A stretch of DNA of 32,000 nucleotides from Calothrix sp. NIES-4105 (GTDB lineage: Bacteria; Cyanobacteriota; Cyanobacteriia; Cyanobacteriales; Nostocaceae): assembly GCA_002368415.1 (NCBI GenBank), contig AP018290.1, positions 10,893,121-10,925,120 on the forward strand, read 5' to 3'. A program made the position numbers and the translations under genes. Under the pieces are notes generated by a model, which had not been told where the DNA came from, made no database searches, and was given only the letters and a program-made list of their open reading frames with translations. Shown here piece after piece: positions 17,019-25,595 of this stretch; positions within the stretch are counted from its first letter, which is position 1, and every line of letters starts with the position of its first letter.

Positions 17019-18603
17019 TATCTGCCTCCAAGGTTTTAATTACTTTCTCTAAGTTGTCTTTGATAGGCGTATTTTTATGAACTTGTAGCTGCCAACCACA
17101 ATTCTGGGCTTTTTCTAAAACGTTGTTAGTGCGCTCTAAAGTATCTTTTAGAATGGGCAGGAAGTTTTTGTTTGTTCTCCAGTGTGGGCAGTTGTAGCAG
17201 CCATCAAAACCAGGAATATCACAATCTCCTAATACCTTGGGTCTAGCACAATAACCATGCTCCAATGCTCTGGCTTGCACATTTTTTTTGAACCACTCTA
17301 AATCATCATTACTAGAGAGTATCGTTTCGTCTAATTCAGTAGTTTCACCTTGGAAATTAACTACTTTTGATTCGTGATACTTTTCAACTTCTTTTCTGAG
17401 CGTTTCATCATGAATGTGAGCATATACCATTGTCATCGTTGGCGATTCATGACCTAAATAGCGCTGAACAATATGTTGTGGAACACCATTATTTATCATG
17501 CGAGTTCCAACTGTATGTCGAAATTGATGAGTCTGAAAATTCCAAGTTTTGCCTGTGCTTTCGCAAATGTTAAATTGCTCTGCTAAACGTTTTAAATGAT
17601 TAGCAAATGATTGGTCTGACATAACTCTAGGTACAGGAACAAATTTTGAAGATGCTTTTCTTCCACAAAAAAGGTACTTATAATCTTTACCAAAATTCTG
17701 TTGAATATAAACCTGCTGCTCTTTAATAACTTGAGCAAGTTCTATAGATATAGGTAGGGTTGTTTCAAAATTCATCTTCCAACGCATAAATTGAATAAAC
17801 CACCCACCCTTATTATCTTGTTTGAGGCAATCTAACCCTAGTTGACATAGCTCACCTATCCTCAAACCACATTCTTGAATAACTAATACCATTCGCATTA
17901 TTGGCTCTGGTAATACATCTAAGTGTTGATTTAGTTGTCCAATAACCTCTTCTGGAATATAACGAGGTAAAGCCTTATCGCGTTTTGGATAATCTTCTTT
18001 GCGTACCAAATAAGGTTCAACTGTAAACCATTTATTAGCGGAACCGACTTCAAACAAGGATACTAAAGCAGAAATACACTTACCTTTAGTTATTTGAGCC
18101 AATGATTCTTTGTTGAGGTAAAACAAATAATTAATGATTACTTCCCTAGTAATATTTTCTATTTTGTTTATCTCAGGCTGATTCAACAAGAATTTTGAAA
18201 AATAACGAAATCGATACAAAAAAGATTGTAAGCTTTGAAAACTGCTTGTCTGACTAGCTTTGTACTTAATAAATTTTTTAATGTATACCTTTAACCACTC
18301 TTGATAAATATTCCGATTAAAGTTAAGTTTATCTCCATCATTACTGTGAAGCTTAACCTGTAAACCTAAATCAGCAGCAGTCCATACATCATCGCTTTTC
18401 ACTAGTTTTTTGCGATTAGCGAAAGGAACAAACTGAGCGTCGCAATTTTTACACCGATATCTTTGTTTTCCTGATTTTTTAAACCCTGCTTTTATATAAT
18501 TATCACTTCCACATTTTGAGCAAACAATTTGTGCTGGTAAAACAACCTGAAGTTCTGTTTTTACTTGAAGTTTCTGCTCTAATTTATTGTTCATTTTCAC
18601 CAT
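17011..18603 (-). CDS. Large tyrosine recombinase (Tn554 TnpB-like) with N-terminal zinc ribbon and C-terminal Cys cluster
   Basis: Catalytic residues are GLRIGELCQL (Arg), HQFRHTVGT (HxxR) and LGHESPTMTMVYAHI (His...Tyr). The N-terminal zinc ribbon is CSKCGSDNY...YRCKNCDAQF. The C-terminal Cys cluster is HGYCARPKVLGDCDIPGFDGCYNCPHW. The start is ATG 18603 or 18594, and either overlaps the upstream gene. Confidence 0.85.
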   Translation of the reverse strand: MVKMNNKLEQKLQVKTELQVVLPAQIVCSKCGSDNYIKAGFKKSGKQRYRCKNCDAQFVPFANRKKLVKSDDVWTAADLGLQVKLHSNDGDKLNFNRNIYQEWLKVYIKKFIKYKASQTSSFQSLQSFLYRFRYFSKFLLNQPEINKIENITREVIINYLFYLNKESLAQITKGKCISALVSLFEVGSANKWFTVEPYLVRKEDYPKRDKALPRYIPEEVIGQLNQHLDVLPEPIMRMVLVIQECGLRIGELCQLGLDCLKQDNKGGWFIQFMRWKMNFETTLPISIELAQVIKEQQVYIQQNFGKDYKYLFCGRKASSKFVPVPRVMSDQSFANHLKRLAEQFNICESTGKTWNFQTHQFRHTVGTRMINNGVPQHIVQRYLGHESPTMTMVYAHIHDETLRKEVEKYHESKVVNFQGETTELDETILSSNDDLEWFKKNVQARALEHGYCARPKVLGDCDIPGFDGCYNCPHWRTNKNFLPILKDTLERTNNVLEKAQNCGWQLQVHKNTPIKDNLEKVIKTLEADND

Positions 18604-19699
18604 CTCTTGCTGCCAAATACTTGTCGTACTCTATCCGTAAATCGTTATCTGTTAAATGCACATAGGTATTAATGGTGGTTTGAATATCTGTATGTCCTAA
18701 CCGTTTTTGCACATACGCCATTTCCCAGCCTGACCTGATTAATTCTGTTGCATGAGTATGTCTCAATAAGTGTGGATTAACTTTTATGTCAGTTTTTTTA
18801 GACAATCTCCTAAATAAACTATCAACAGTTTTGTAACTTAATGGTGTACCAATTTTTCCCTTTCCCGGAGCTTGAATAACTACAAAAACAAAGTCACAGT
18901 CAATATCTTCTGGGTACTCGTCAATTAAATAAGCTGAGTACCATTGCATAAGTTCTTTACTAACATGAACTATCCGTTCTACTCCAGATTTAGCTCTAAC
19001 GTAGTTAATATTATCTAATCTTGGTACAACATGAATCTCATTGTTTTTACCTGTAACCATATCTTCATGTCTCAGCCCCAGAGCCTCCCCTATTCGTAGC
19101 CCTGTTTCGTATAACAACCTGACTAAAAATTTATCTCGTAATGTGTTACAAGCGGAGACTAATTTGTTAACTTCTTCAGCAGTTAAACATCCAGGGAATT
19201 TTTTCGGCTCTTTAATTTTTAGCAACCGCGTTTTAACTTCTTTCCCTTTACTTATATGGTGTAAAAAAGGTTTATATTTACGACCTGGCTGTAATTGATA
19301 GCGATAAACATAAACGTCAACTTCTTTGGTTACTTCAATACGTTCTTGAAACTCATAAAATCCACAAACAGTTGTTAAACAGTGATTAATTGTTTTCTCG
19401 CAACGTTTGGAAACTTGTGGTTGGATAGATAATACTCCTGAATTAGGATTTCTCAGCCAATGGATAAAGTTTGATAACTCCTCCATATTTATCTCAAACC
19501 AACTTAGCTTTGAATCCTTTAAGAACGCCCAAAACAGCTTCAGGTTATGAGCATAAGTTTGAATCGTATTTGGAGAACGCCCTACACTGTCTAAATAATG
19601 CAAGTACTTTTGAATTGGCTCAATGGGTAAATAGTCATCGTCCAGTACCATCCAAACCGGACGGTCGGTGTCTGGGATGATACCCTTTTGAACTTTCAT
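18584..19699 (-). CDS. Tyrosine recombinase (Tn554 TnpA-like, ~371 aa)
   Basis: A core-binding-type N-terminal domain (SPNTIQTYAHNLKLFWAFL). Catalytic residues are GLRIGEALGLRHEDM (Arg), HLLRHTHATELI (HxxR) and LGHTDIQTTINTYVHL (His...Tyr). I prefer the ATG at 19699 (MKVQKGIIPD...), which is preceded by GGGGGCAGTGAG, over the 19765 start in the track. Confidence 0.85.
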   Translation of the reverse strand: MKVQKGIIPDTDRPVWMVLDDDYLPIEPIQKYLHYLDSVGRSPNTIQTYAHNLKLFWAFLKDSKLSWFEINMEELSNFIHWLRNPNSGVLSIQPQVSKRCEKTINHCLTTVCGFYEFQERIEVTKEVDVYVYRYQLQPGRKYKPFLHHISKGKEVKTRLLKIKEPKKFPGCLTAEEVNKLVSACNTLRDKFLVRLLYETGLRIGEALGLRHEDMVTGKNNEIHVVPRLDNINYVRAKSGVERIVHVSKELMQWYSAYLIDEYPEDIDCDFVFVVIQAPGKGKIGTPLSYKTVDSLFRRLSKKTDIKVNPHLLRHTHATELIRSGWEMAYVQKRLGHTDIQTTINTYVHLTDNDLRIEYDKYLAARDGENEQ

Positions 19700-19823
19700 C
19701 TCACTGCCCCCAATACCGATATTTACGCTATAGACGTAGTTTACTATAAAGCGTAAATATGACAACAGCGTAGTGATAAAACTTAATATCAGCTACGCTG
19801 TTGTTGTTGTTGTTATTTATAAT

Positions 19824-21233
19824 TTAATAAGAGATAACTTGCGGTATAGTGTAGGCATCCGAAAGAGTCTTTTTCAAGATATCAATGATTTCCTTCGCGG
19901 TACTTTCTTCCATAGTTCCAACTACAGAAATCTTCCCACTACGGCGTCTTATTCTGGGGAAAATGCCCAACCCCAGTCGCTTCAAATTAATAGAGGCATT
20001 AATGTCTCTATCAACTTTCAACATTTCTTTCTCATCCCAATATTCTGGAATATCAGTATCAGTAAAAACTATTTCATTCCGATAGCTGAGAACTTGGGAA
20101 GAATACGCAGGATTTTGAGGTATTACAACGGCTCCAGCTTTTCCGGCTATGTGACCCAATATCTCAAAAAACTGTCCAAAAGCAGCATCCATCCAAGACT
20201 TATTCAATCCCGACTTTGCAGATTGTCCATTTGGCAAATATTTACCATCTTCGTCTTGTTTGGGTGCATTTCTTTTGCTCAAACCTTGTAAATTTAACTT
20301 TTCTGGGAAAAATACTTTCTTCCCAGTACGGACTAGTTTGTGAGCAGTTTTATATTGAAAATCTTTACGACTTCTAGCTATTTTTTGATGCCGTCGAGCT
20401 TCTTTTTTAGCTAGTTTACGTCGTGACTTACTGCCACGTTTACGTTTATTTCTATCTATCGAAATTTTGTCTAGTTTGTGCTGATTCCTGCGTAAAGATT
20501 TTAAACTTGCTAATTTAGTCCCTTCAGATGTTGCTAGATAATCATCTTCGTGCAAAACAGCATCTAATCCTATTGAATTTTCCCATGTTGGGGTAATTGA
20601 ATCAGGATTAAATTCCGGCACAGAAGTATCTTCTAGGCACATTTGCATGTACCAACCGTCAACCTTTTTAGTTACACCAACTTGTTTTAATTTAAAACCA
20701 AGTGGCAACGGTCGATGCATTCTAACTTTAACAACTCCAAGTTTCGGCAGACGCAAATAAAGCCAATTCTTACGAACTAGTTTTATCCAATCATCATTTG
20801 CACTTGCGAATGTCATGGTTCGGAAACTCGCTTCTGTTTTAAAGCGTGGTTTACCTGACCGCTTACCATTACAATCACCAAGAATATAACGAGCGAAAGC
20901 TTCATCAACTCGTTTACAAATATCCTGAAGGATAGTTGAGTCAACACGAGTAAAATCAAGCAATTCCCCGCTATGCATTACCCGAACCAAGTCTTGCTTG
21001 ATAATGGGTAATTGCAATTTCTGATTGTAATAATTTGGGCGATTCCCAAACAGTGTTGGAAATATTTCTTTCCACTGCGGAAATGCTTGTAATTGCAAGT
21101 GATTATTCTGCCACCAAGTGAAGCGTTCACCCAACTGACGGTTATACCAGTAACGGGAGATCCGCAACCAATCATTAAGCTCTAGCTTTTGATTAGTGTC
21201 TGGATAAAATTTATACTGGTATGTAGTCTTCAT
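19824..21233 (-). CDS. tnpB: IS605-type TnpB (RuvC-like RNA-guided nuclease family), variant without zinc-finger cysteines
   Basis: The start is MKTTYQYKFYPDTNQKLELNDW (ATG at 21233). The RuvC triad candidates are IGLDAVL (Asp), VFFPEKLNLQGL (Glu) and KVDRDINASINL (Asp). Between NPAYSSQ and DRDIN the usual CxxC...CxxC is replaced by VLSYRNEIVFTDTDIPEYWDEKEML. Confidence 0.85.
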   Translation of the reverse strand: MKTTYQYKFYPDTNQKLELNDWLRISRYWYNRQLGERFTWWQNNHLQLQAFPQWKEIFPTLFGNRPNYYNQKLQLPIIKQDLVRVMHSGELLDFTRVDSTILQDICKRVDEAFARYILGDCNGKRSGKPRFKTEASFRTMTFASANDDWIKLVRKNWLYLRLPKLGVVKVRMHRPLPLGFKLKQVGVTKKVDGWYMQMCLEDTSVPEFNPDSITPTWENSIGLDAVLHEDDYLATSEGTKLASLKSLRRNQHKLDKISIDRNKRKRGSKSRRKLAKKEARRHQKIARSRKDFQYKTAHKLVRTGKKVFFPEKLNLQGLSKRNAPKQDEDGKYLPNGQSAKSGLNKSWMDAAFGQFFEILGHIAGKAGAVVIPQNPAYSSQVLSYRNEIVFTDTDIPEYWDEKEMLKVDRDINASINLKRLGLGIFPRIRRRSGKISVVGTMEESTAKEIIDILKKTLSDAYTIPQVISY

Positions 21234-21255
21234 AAACGCTCCGACAAGAGCGTAA

Positions 21256-21284
21256 TTGACTTGGTGTTTGAATATGGTTATACT
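21256..21284 (+). promoter_or_regulatory. Sigma70-like promoter for tnpA (TTGACT, 17 nt spacer, TATACT)
   Basis: -35 TTGACT at 21256-21261 and -10 TATACT at 21279-21284 with a 17-nt spacer. It lies about 18 nt upstream of the GTG at 21302, in the divergent tnpB/tnpA spacer. Confidence 0.4.
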
Positions 21285-21301
21285 ATCAAAGTGTTTATAC
21301 G

Positions 21302-21721
21302 GTGTCAAGCGTGAAAGAAGATTTTATTTCCCGTGCCAGAGGGGTGTCAGACCTCAAGGCACATTTGGTGTTGACTACAAAGTACCGTAGAAAAGTATTT
21401 ACAGGAGAAATGATTAATCGGCTGCATGAAATACTGAAAGAACTATTGAAAAAATGGGATTGTGAAGTGGTTGATTTTAACGGCGAATCTGATCATGTAC
21501 ACTTGCTTTTTCGTTACACTCCACAAACTGAACTACCCAAATTTATTAATAACGTTAAGACTGTCACAAGTCGTTACTTACGCAAAGAATTTGCTGATAG
21601 AATTAATCAATTTTATAAAAAAGATGTTCTTTGGAATGGCTCATATTTTATTGCATCGTGTGGAGGCATAACAGTTGAAACACTTAAAAAGTATGTCGAA
21701 TCCCAAAACAAGCCTGAATAA
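21302..21721 (+). CDS. tnpA: IS200/IS605 Y1 (HUH) transposase TnpA
   Basis: LKAHLVLTTKYRRKVF, the HUH motif SDHVHLLF and the catalytic-Tyr region NGSYFIASCGG. The start is GTG 21302 or GTG 21311. Confidence 0.85.
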   Translation: MSSVKEDFISRARGVSDLKAHLVLTTKYRRKVFTGEMINRLHEILKELLKKWDCEVVDFNGESDHVHLLFRYTPQTELPKFINNVKTVTSRYLRKEFADRINQFYKKDVLWNGSYFIASCGGITVETLKKYVESQNKPE

Positions 21722-21928
21722 TTTGTCAAAAATACAACGGGAGCATCCACTTGTTCCTAATTAATCAGGAATTTGGTGGAAGGGGCGTTATATTTTTGAC
21801 TGCCTTATATCCCGACACCAACCACTTCGTGGTATGGTGCGGGGCTTACGGCAAGAAGCTAAATTAAATATGTAGTGTTGGGTTCCGCAAAGCCTTCACC
21901 CAACCAACGAGTTTATCCGTTACATCCG

Positions 21929-24490
21929 TTATATCCGTTGCCCACTTTCACCCATCATAATTCCCCGTCCTGTCAAAGCTACATACACTAAGTTAGGTGT
22001 ACGCATATCACCTTCCATATAAGTAATCCCTGGAAATTGTAATACATCAGGGTCGCTGATACGAATCCATGATTTACCCATATCTTCAGATTTATATATC
22101 GCGTCTTTAGTCGCGTTATTTACACGTCCAAATATGTAAATATACGGATGTTTATTTGATTTACCTTTGCCAAACGTTATAAATTCACAGCTATTAACTG
22201 ATGTGATTTTATTAAAAGTCTTTCCACCGTCAGTTGAATGATACAAAGGATTTCCATTTACATCTTCAGGGTTACGCGCGAAACTTATCCAAATGTCTCC
22301 TTGTTGTGTAGGATTACTTATAATAGCAGGGCGAATTAGCCAACCAGGAAAATTACTAGCTGCACTTTTATTCCAATTGGCGCCACCATCATTACTATAA
22401 TAGAAGCCATCAACATTGAAGTAATAGAAAGTTTTACCTTGGGGGTCTTTTCTATCTGCTGCTAAAATATATGAACTTAACCAAGGATTAATACTGTTTG
22501 ACCATGATTTAGGTAAAGCTTGGTAGTGAAGATGGTCGTTGTTTTTTTCGTCAAACGGTTGAGGTGGGGGATTATAATCTAAATTGCGCGCAATTCTCCA
22601 AGTTTTACCACCATCATTAGTATAGTGTGTCCAAGTTCCCCAAGTTGGCGCCCATACCATATTTTGCGGATTAGTTGGGGACATGGCAATTTGTCCACCT
22701 ATTGCATAAACTTTCTCTTTTCCTGACTTGTCACTTTTCCAAAGTTCTTCTGTAGGGATAGACTCGAATGCTTTCCAAGTTCGACCATTATCGCTAGTTA
22801 CACCATGTATTCCCCAAAACCCTTGCCATTGATGAAAACCTACAAACGCCGCATAATCAGGATTATTGTAGGAATAGTCCATTCCTGTTGCACCTGCTAC
22901 GTGAGGAAATGGAACGGGATATACTTTCCAGTCAGGGTTTGCCGATTTGAAACTAGGATTAATAAGTACACCTTGTGGGCTAATACTTTTTGTTGGTACT
23001 TCATAGCGGCTAACATGGCGAAACCCTATTTTATCTTGTGTAGCGCTTAATAAATCTGCACCCCCTTGTGCTTTAGGTTTGGGTGGTACCCGCACCATAT
23101 TTGAGTCTAATTCTTCTAAATTATTCATCAACCATTGGTAAACAGGAGTTTTAACCGTCACATCATCACTACTTGCAACTCCCCAACCGTTTGTCCACCA
23201 AACTTTTTTTAAATTACTTGGGTCAAATATAATTGATGCGGCGCCAGTTGAAGCGTAAGATTGATAGTAGCCTGGTGCAGTAGGATTCACTTTATCCTTG
23301 GGATTGTTTGCATCAAAGGCGCCCATATACATTGTTTGTTTATTCCAACTTTGTCCACCATTGGTGGACATATAAACAAACTTATCAGCAACTGCCATTA
23401 TTGTGTTAGGTTGATTTGGCTGTACGGTAATAGCTGAATAGACTCTTTCTTCTGCATCAGGTGTGATAGATGTCCAATTACCATTACTATACTTACGAAT
23501 ACTTCCTGATGTATTTTGACCATTACCACCCCAAGTTCCAAATGCTACATATAATGTTCCATCACTAGCAACTGCCGCGCGTAAAGGATTATTGGCGCCT
23601 TCAATATTATTCCACGAATTACCACCATCAGTACTGCGCCAAACTCCGCTGCCATGAACACCTACATATATAGTTTGTGTTTTACCTATACTTTTTGCTT
23701 TGTCAAACACAACAAATGTAAAACCAGGTATATCTTTATTTTCCTTACCATCTTTTTGATATTCTGGCAGACTACTAGGTTCAGGTAAATTACCTGTAAC
23801 GCGCGTCCAATCTGCATTACCGTCTTTTCTCCATAGACCATCACGTCGCGAAGCAAAGTAAATTAATTCTGATTTATTTGGGTCAACTGCTAACCGTTCC
23901 CCTGTATCTGAACGATATGCTTGATTTGGGCCAACATAAATATTATGTTTCCCTAAACCTGTTGGTTGCCATGTAACACCTTTATTACTAGATACTAATA
24001 TTTCACCTGAATATTTATATTTAAGCTTTTCTTCATCTTTAAAAGTCAAATTATTACGATTTATGGCAGCATAGACACGACTTGTCAATCCATCAACAGT
24101 AATACTTTCTACGCCAATTCCACCAGAGGAGAAATTAGTATCAAACATGTCCATCAAAGGCAACCATGTTTTATTCTCACGGTCAAAACGATAGGCGCCA
24201 CCAATATCAGTACGAACGTATACATCATAAGGCGAAGTTGGATTAATTACTAAACCTGTAACATAACCCATTCCTTGAATATTCACATTGCGCCAAGTAA
24301 ACAAGTTATTTCCTTGTGTTGACCTTATAGGTACTGGTGGAGGTGCTTTTGCGCGTACTAAAACAGGTGCTTGTACTGTTTCATTTTGAACACCCTCCAC
24401 AACAGGAGCTTGTGTACAAGCGTGTAAATTTAATAGTACTAACACACTTGCTGTCAATTGTAATAAGAATAAAATTAGGCGCCGTTTCAT
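21929..24490 (-). CDS. BNR/Asp-box repeat, double beta-propeller lipoprotein (GH74-like / sortilin-Vps10-like glycosidase)
   Basis: Lipoprotein signal MKRRLILFLLQLTASVLVLLNLHAC. At least 8 Asp-box motifs (SxDxGxTW type): SSNKGVTW, STDGGNSW, STNGGQSW, TSDNGRTW, TNDGGKTW, SNDGGANW, STDGGKTF and SEDMGKSW. Its last 86 codons fall within the right copy of the element-flanking repeat. Confidence 0.8.
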   Translation of the reverse strand: MKRRLILFLLQLTASVLVLLNLHACTQAPVVEGVQNETVQAPVLVRAKAPPPVPIRSTQGNNLFTWRNVNIQGMGYVTGLVINPTSPYDVYVRTDIGGAYRFDRENKTWLPLMDMFDTNFSSGGIGVESITVDGLTSRVYAAINRNNLTFKDEEKLKYKYSGEILVSSNKGVTWQPTGLGKHNIYVGPNQAYRSDTGERLAVDPNKSELIYFASRRDGLWRKDGNADWTRVTGNLPEPSSLPEYQKDGKENKDIPGFTFVVFDKAKSIGKTQTIYVGVHGSGVWRSTDGGNSWNNIEGANNPLRAAVASDGTLYVAFGTWGGNGQNTSGSIRKYSNGNWTSITPDAEERVYSAITVQPNQPNTIMAVADKFVYMSTNGGQSWNKQTMYMGAFDANNPKDKVNPTAPGYYQSYASTGAASIIFDPSNLKKVWWTNGWGVASSDDVTVKTPVYQWLMNNLEELDSNMVRVPPKPKAQGGADLLSATQDKIGFRHVSRYEVPTKSISPQGVLINPSFKSANPDWKVYPVPFPHVAGATGMDYSYNNPDYAAFVGFHQWQGFWGIHGVTSDNGRTWKAFESIPTEELWKSDKSGKEKVYAIGGQIAMSPTNPQNMVWAPTWGTWTHYTNDGGKTWRIARNLDYNPPPQPFDEKNNDHLHYQALPKSWSNSINPWLSSYILAADRKDPQGKTFYYFNVDGFYYSNDGGANWNKSAASNFPGWLIRPAIISNPTQQGDIWISFARNPEDVNGNPLYHSTDGGKTFNKITSVNSCEFITFGKGKSNKHPYIYIFGRVNNATKDAIYKSEDMGKSWIRISDPDVLQFPGITYMEGDMRTPNLVYVALTGRGIMMGESGQRI

Positions 24491-24633
24491 CCGCTTACCT
24501 ATGAATATAAAATATCCCAGAATAAATTATGCCGTAGGATAGGCATCTCGCCTGTGCTACAAAAGAATTTATTTTATACTACTAGTGTGTAATATTATAA
24601 TACATGACATAAATAGATTTATATTTAACAGCT

Positions 24634-25041
24634 ATGGTGACGTACAAAAGCGATTTGAGCAATGTAGACTGGGATGAGATGAAAACGACTCTCAATAAAG
24701 ATGCCTTTGATAATGGCAGAACTCCCCAACAGCTTCAAGTATCTTTTCAAAACAGTTATGCAACTTGTATTGCTTATATTGATAACCGTATAGTTGGTAC
24801 TGCGCGCGTATTATCAGATGGTATTTGTAACGCTTATATAGTCGATGTTTGGACTTTCACACCTTATCGGCGCCAGGGTATTGCAAGTAAAATGATTACA
24901 TTGCTAATGGAAAAATTACCAGGGCAGCATGTATCTTTATTTACTGATGATGCTTTGGAATTCTATAAAAAACAAGGTTTTACTGAACGTGAAACCTGTA
25001 TGGAAAAAGTTGTTGGTAGATGGTTAGTAAATCATTTATAA
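24634..25041 (+). CDS. GNAT-family N-acetyltransferase
   Basis: 135 aa. The acetyl-CoA motif A is VWTFTPYRRQGIASKMITLLMEKL (R/QxxGxA), and the C-terminal segment is FYKKQGF. Confidence 0.8.
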   Translation: MVTYKSDLSNVDWDEMKTTLNKDAFDNGRTPQQLQVSFQNSYATCIAYIDNRIVGTARVLSDGICNAYIVDVWTFTPYRRQGIASKMITLLMEKLPGQHVSLFTDDALEFYKKQGFTERETCMEKVVGRWLVNHL

Positions 25042-25595
25042 AATTTTCAATTTGTTCTTCTTTTTCTTACTTTGCGTCCTTAGCGTTCTTTGCGGTTTAT
25101 TATAAACCTAGATAATTAATTCCGTATAAATAGTTCTTCTGTCAATACTTGGAGTTTGTATTGTGTTCACAACTATGAAGCACAGCAGAATGATAAACAA
25201 ATCGCAAAAACTATACTTAAGATAGATGTAATCTGTAAATGGTTAACCCGTGTTGATTCTCTAAAGTATTTTAATGAATACGCACGCTTCTTTCCTAGCT
25301 CACCGGAATGCACCATCAGCTTATTGAGAATAAAAAAGCTTATAATGCTTATTCTTACGTAGGGTAGGCTTAAGCCACAGAAGCGATTATTGAGAAGGTG
25401 TAAGATGTAAGCTAGCTCTTTACTAGCTTTAAGCTATAATTTAACACTTCTGACTACGAGGATTTAAAAGGATTTCAGTATAATTGGATTATGTCGTTGC
25501 AAAGCTTGATTTTCTCAATTGCGATTTTATCCTTGGAAGACGCTTTGCTAATGCTATATATTAATAAAAAATTTATCTTTACGGGAATCTCTCTG

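Larger units (their letters stand above)
19770..21905. mobile_element. IS200/IS605-family insertion sequence (divergent tnpB and tnpA); ends approximate
   Basis: Contains tnpB (19824-21233, minus) and a Y1 tnpA (21302-21721, plus). Imperfect hairpins lie beyond both genes: 19762-19804 is a 12-bp stem, and 21800-21835 and 21877-21904 are further hairpins. The precise LE and RE could not be fixed from a single copy. Confidence 0.5.
14700..22189. mobile_element. Integrated ~7.5 kb element (Tn554-like recombinase module plus DnaB helicase, with a nested IS200/IS605)
   Basis: Bounded by the 268/269-bp diverged direct repeat (14432-14699 and 21921-22189). It carries two tyrosine recombinases. The host-abundant GGCGCC and GCGCGC motifs are completely absent inside it. 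The exact ends are ambiguous, and 14432-21920 is the alternative. Confidence 0.7.

Noticed and set aside
19700-19765. Longer starts for the first recombinase (19765) and for tnpB (21308)
   Set aside because: The extensions (MSYLRFIVNYVYSVNIGIGGSE and MTPYKHFDSITIFKHQVNYALVGAF) look like translated non-coding DNA. The internal ATGs give family-typical N-termini, and the recombinase ATG has a purine-rich RBS.
19773-21671. ORFs 19773..20291(+), 19885..20085(+), 20978..21175(-) and 21462..21671(+)
   Set aside because: They are shadow ORFs within or antisense to tnpB and tnpA.
25156-25362. 68-aa plus-strand ORF in the GNAT/PepSY spacer, and ORF 25708..25899(-)
   Set aside because: There are no motifs, no RBS, and the composition is odd. 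The second ORF is antisense to the PepSY-TM-like gene.
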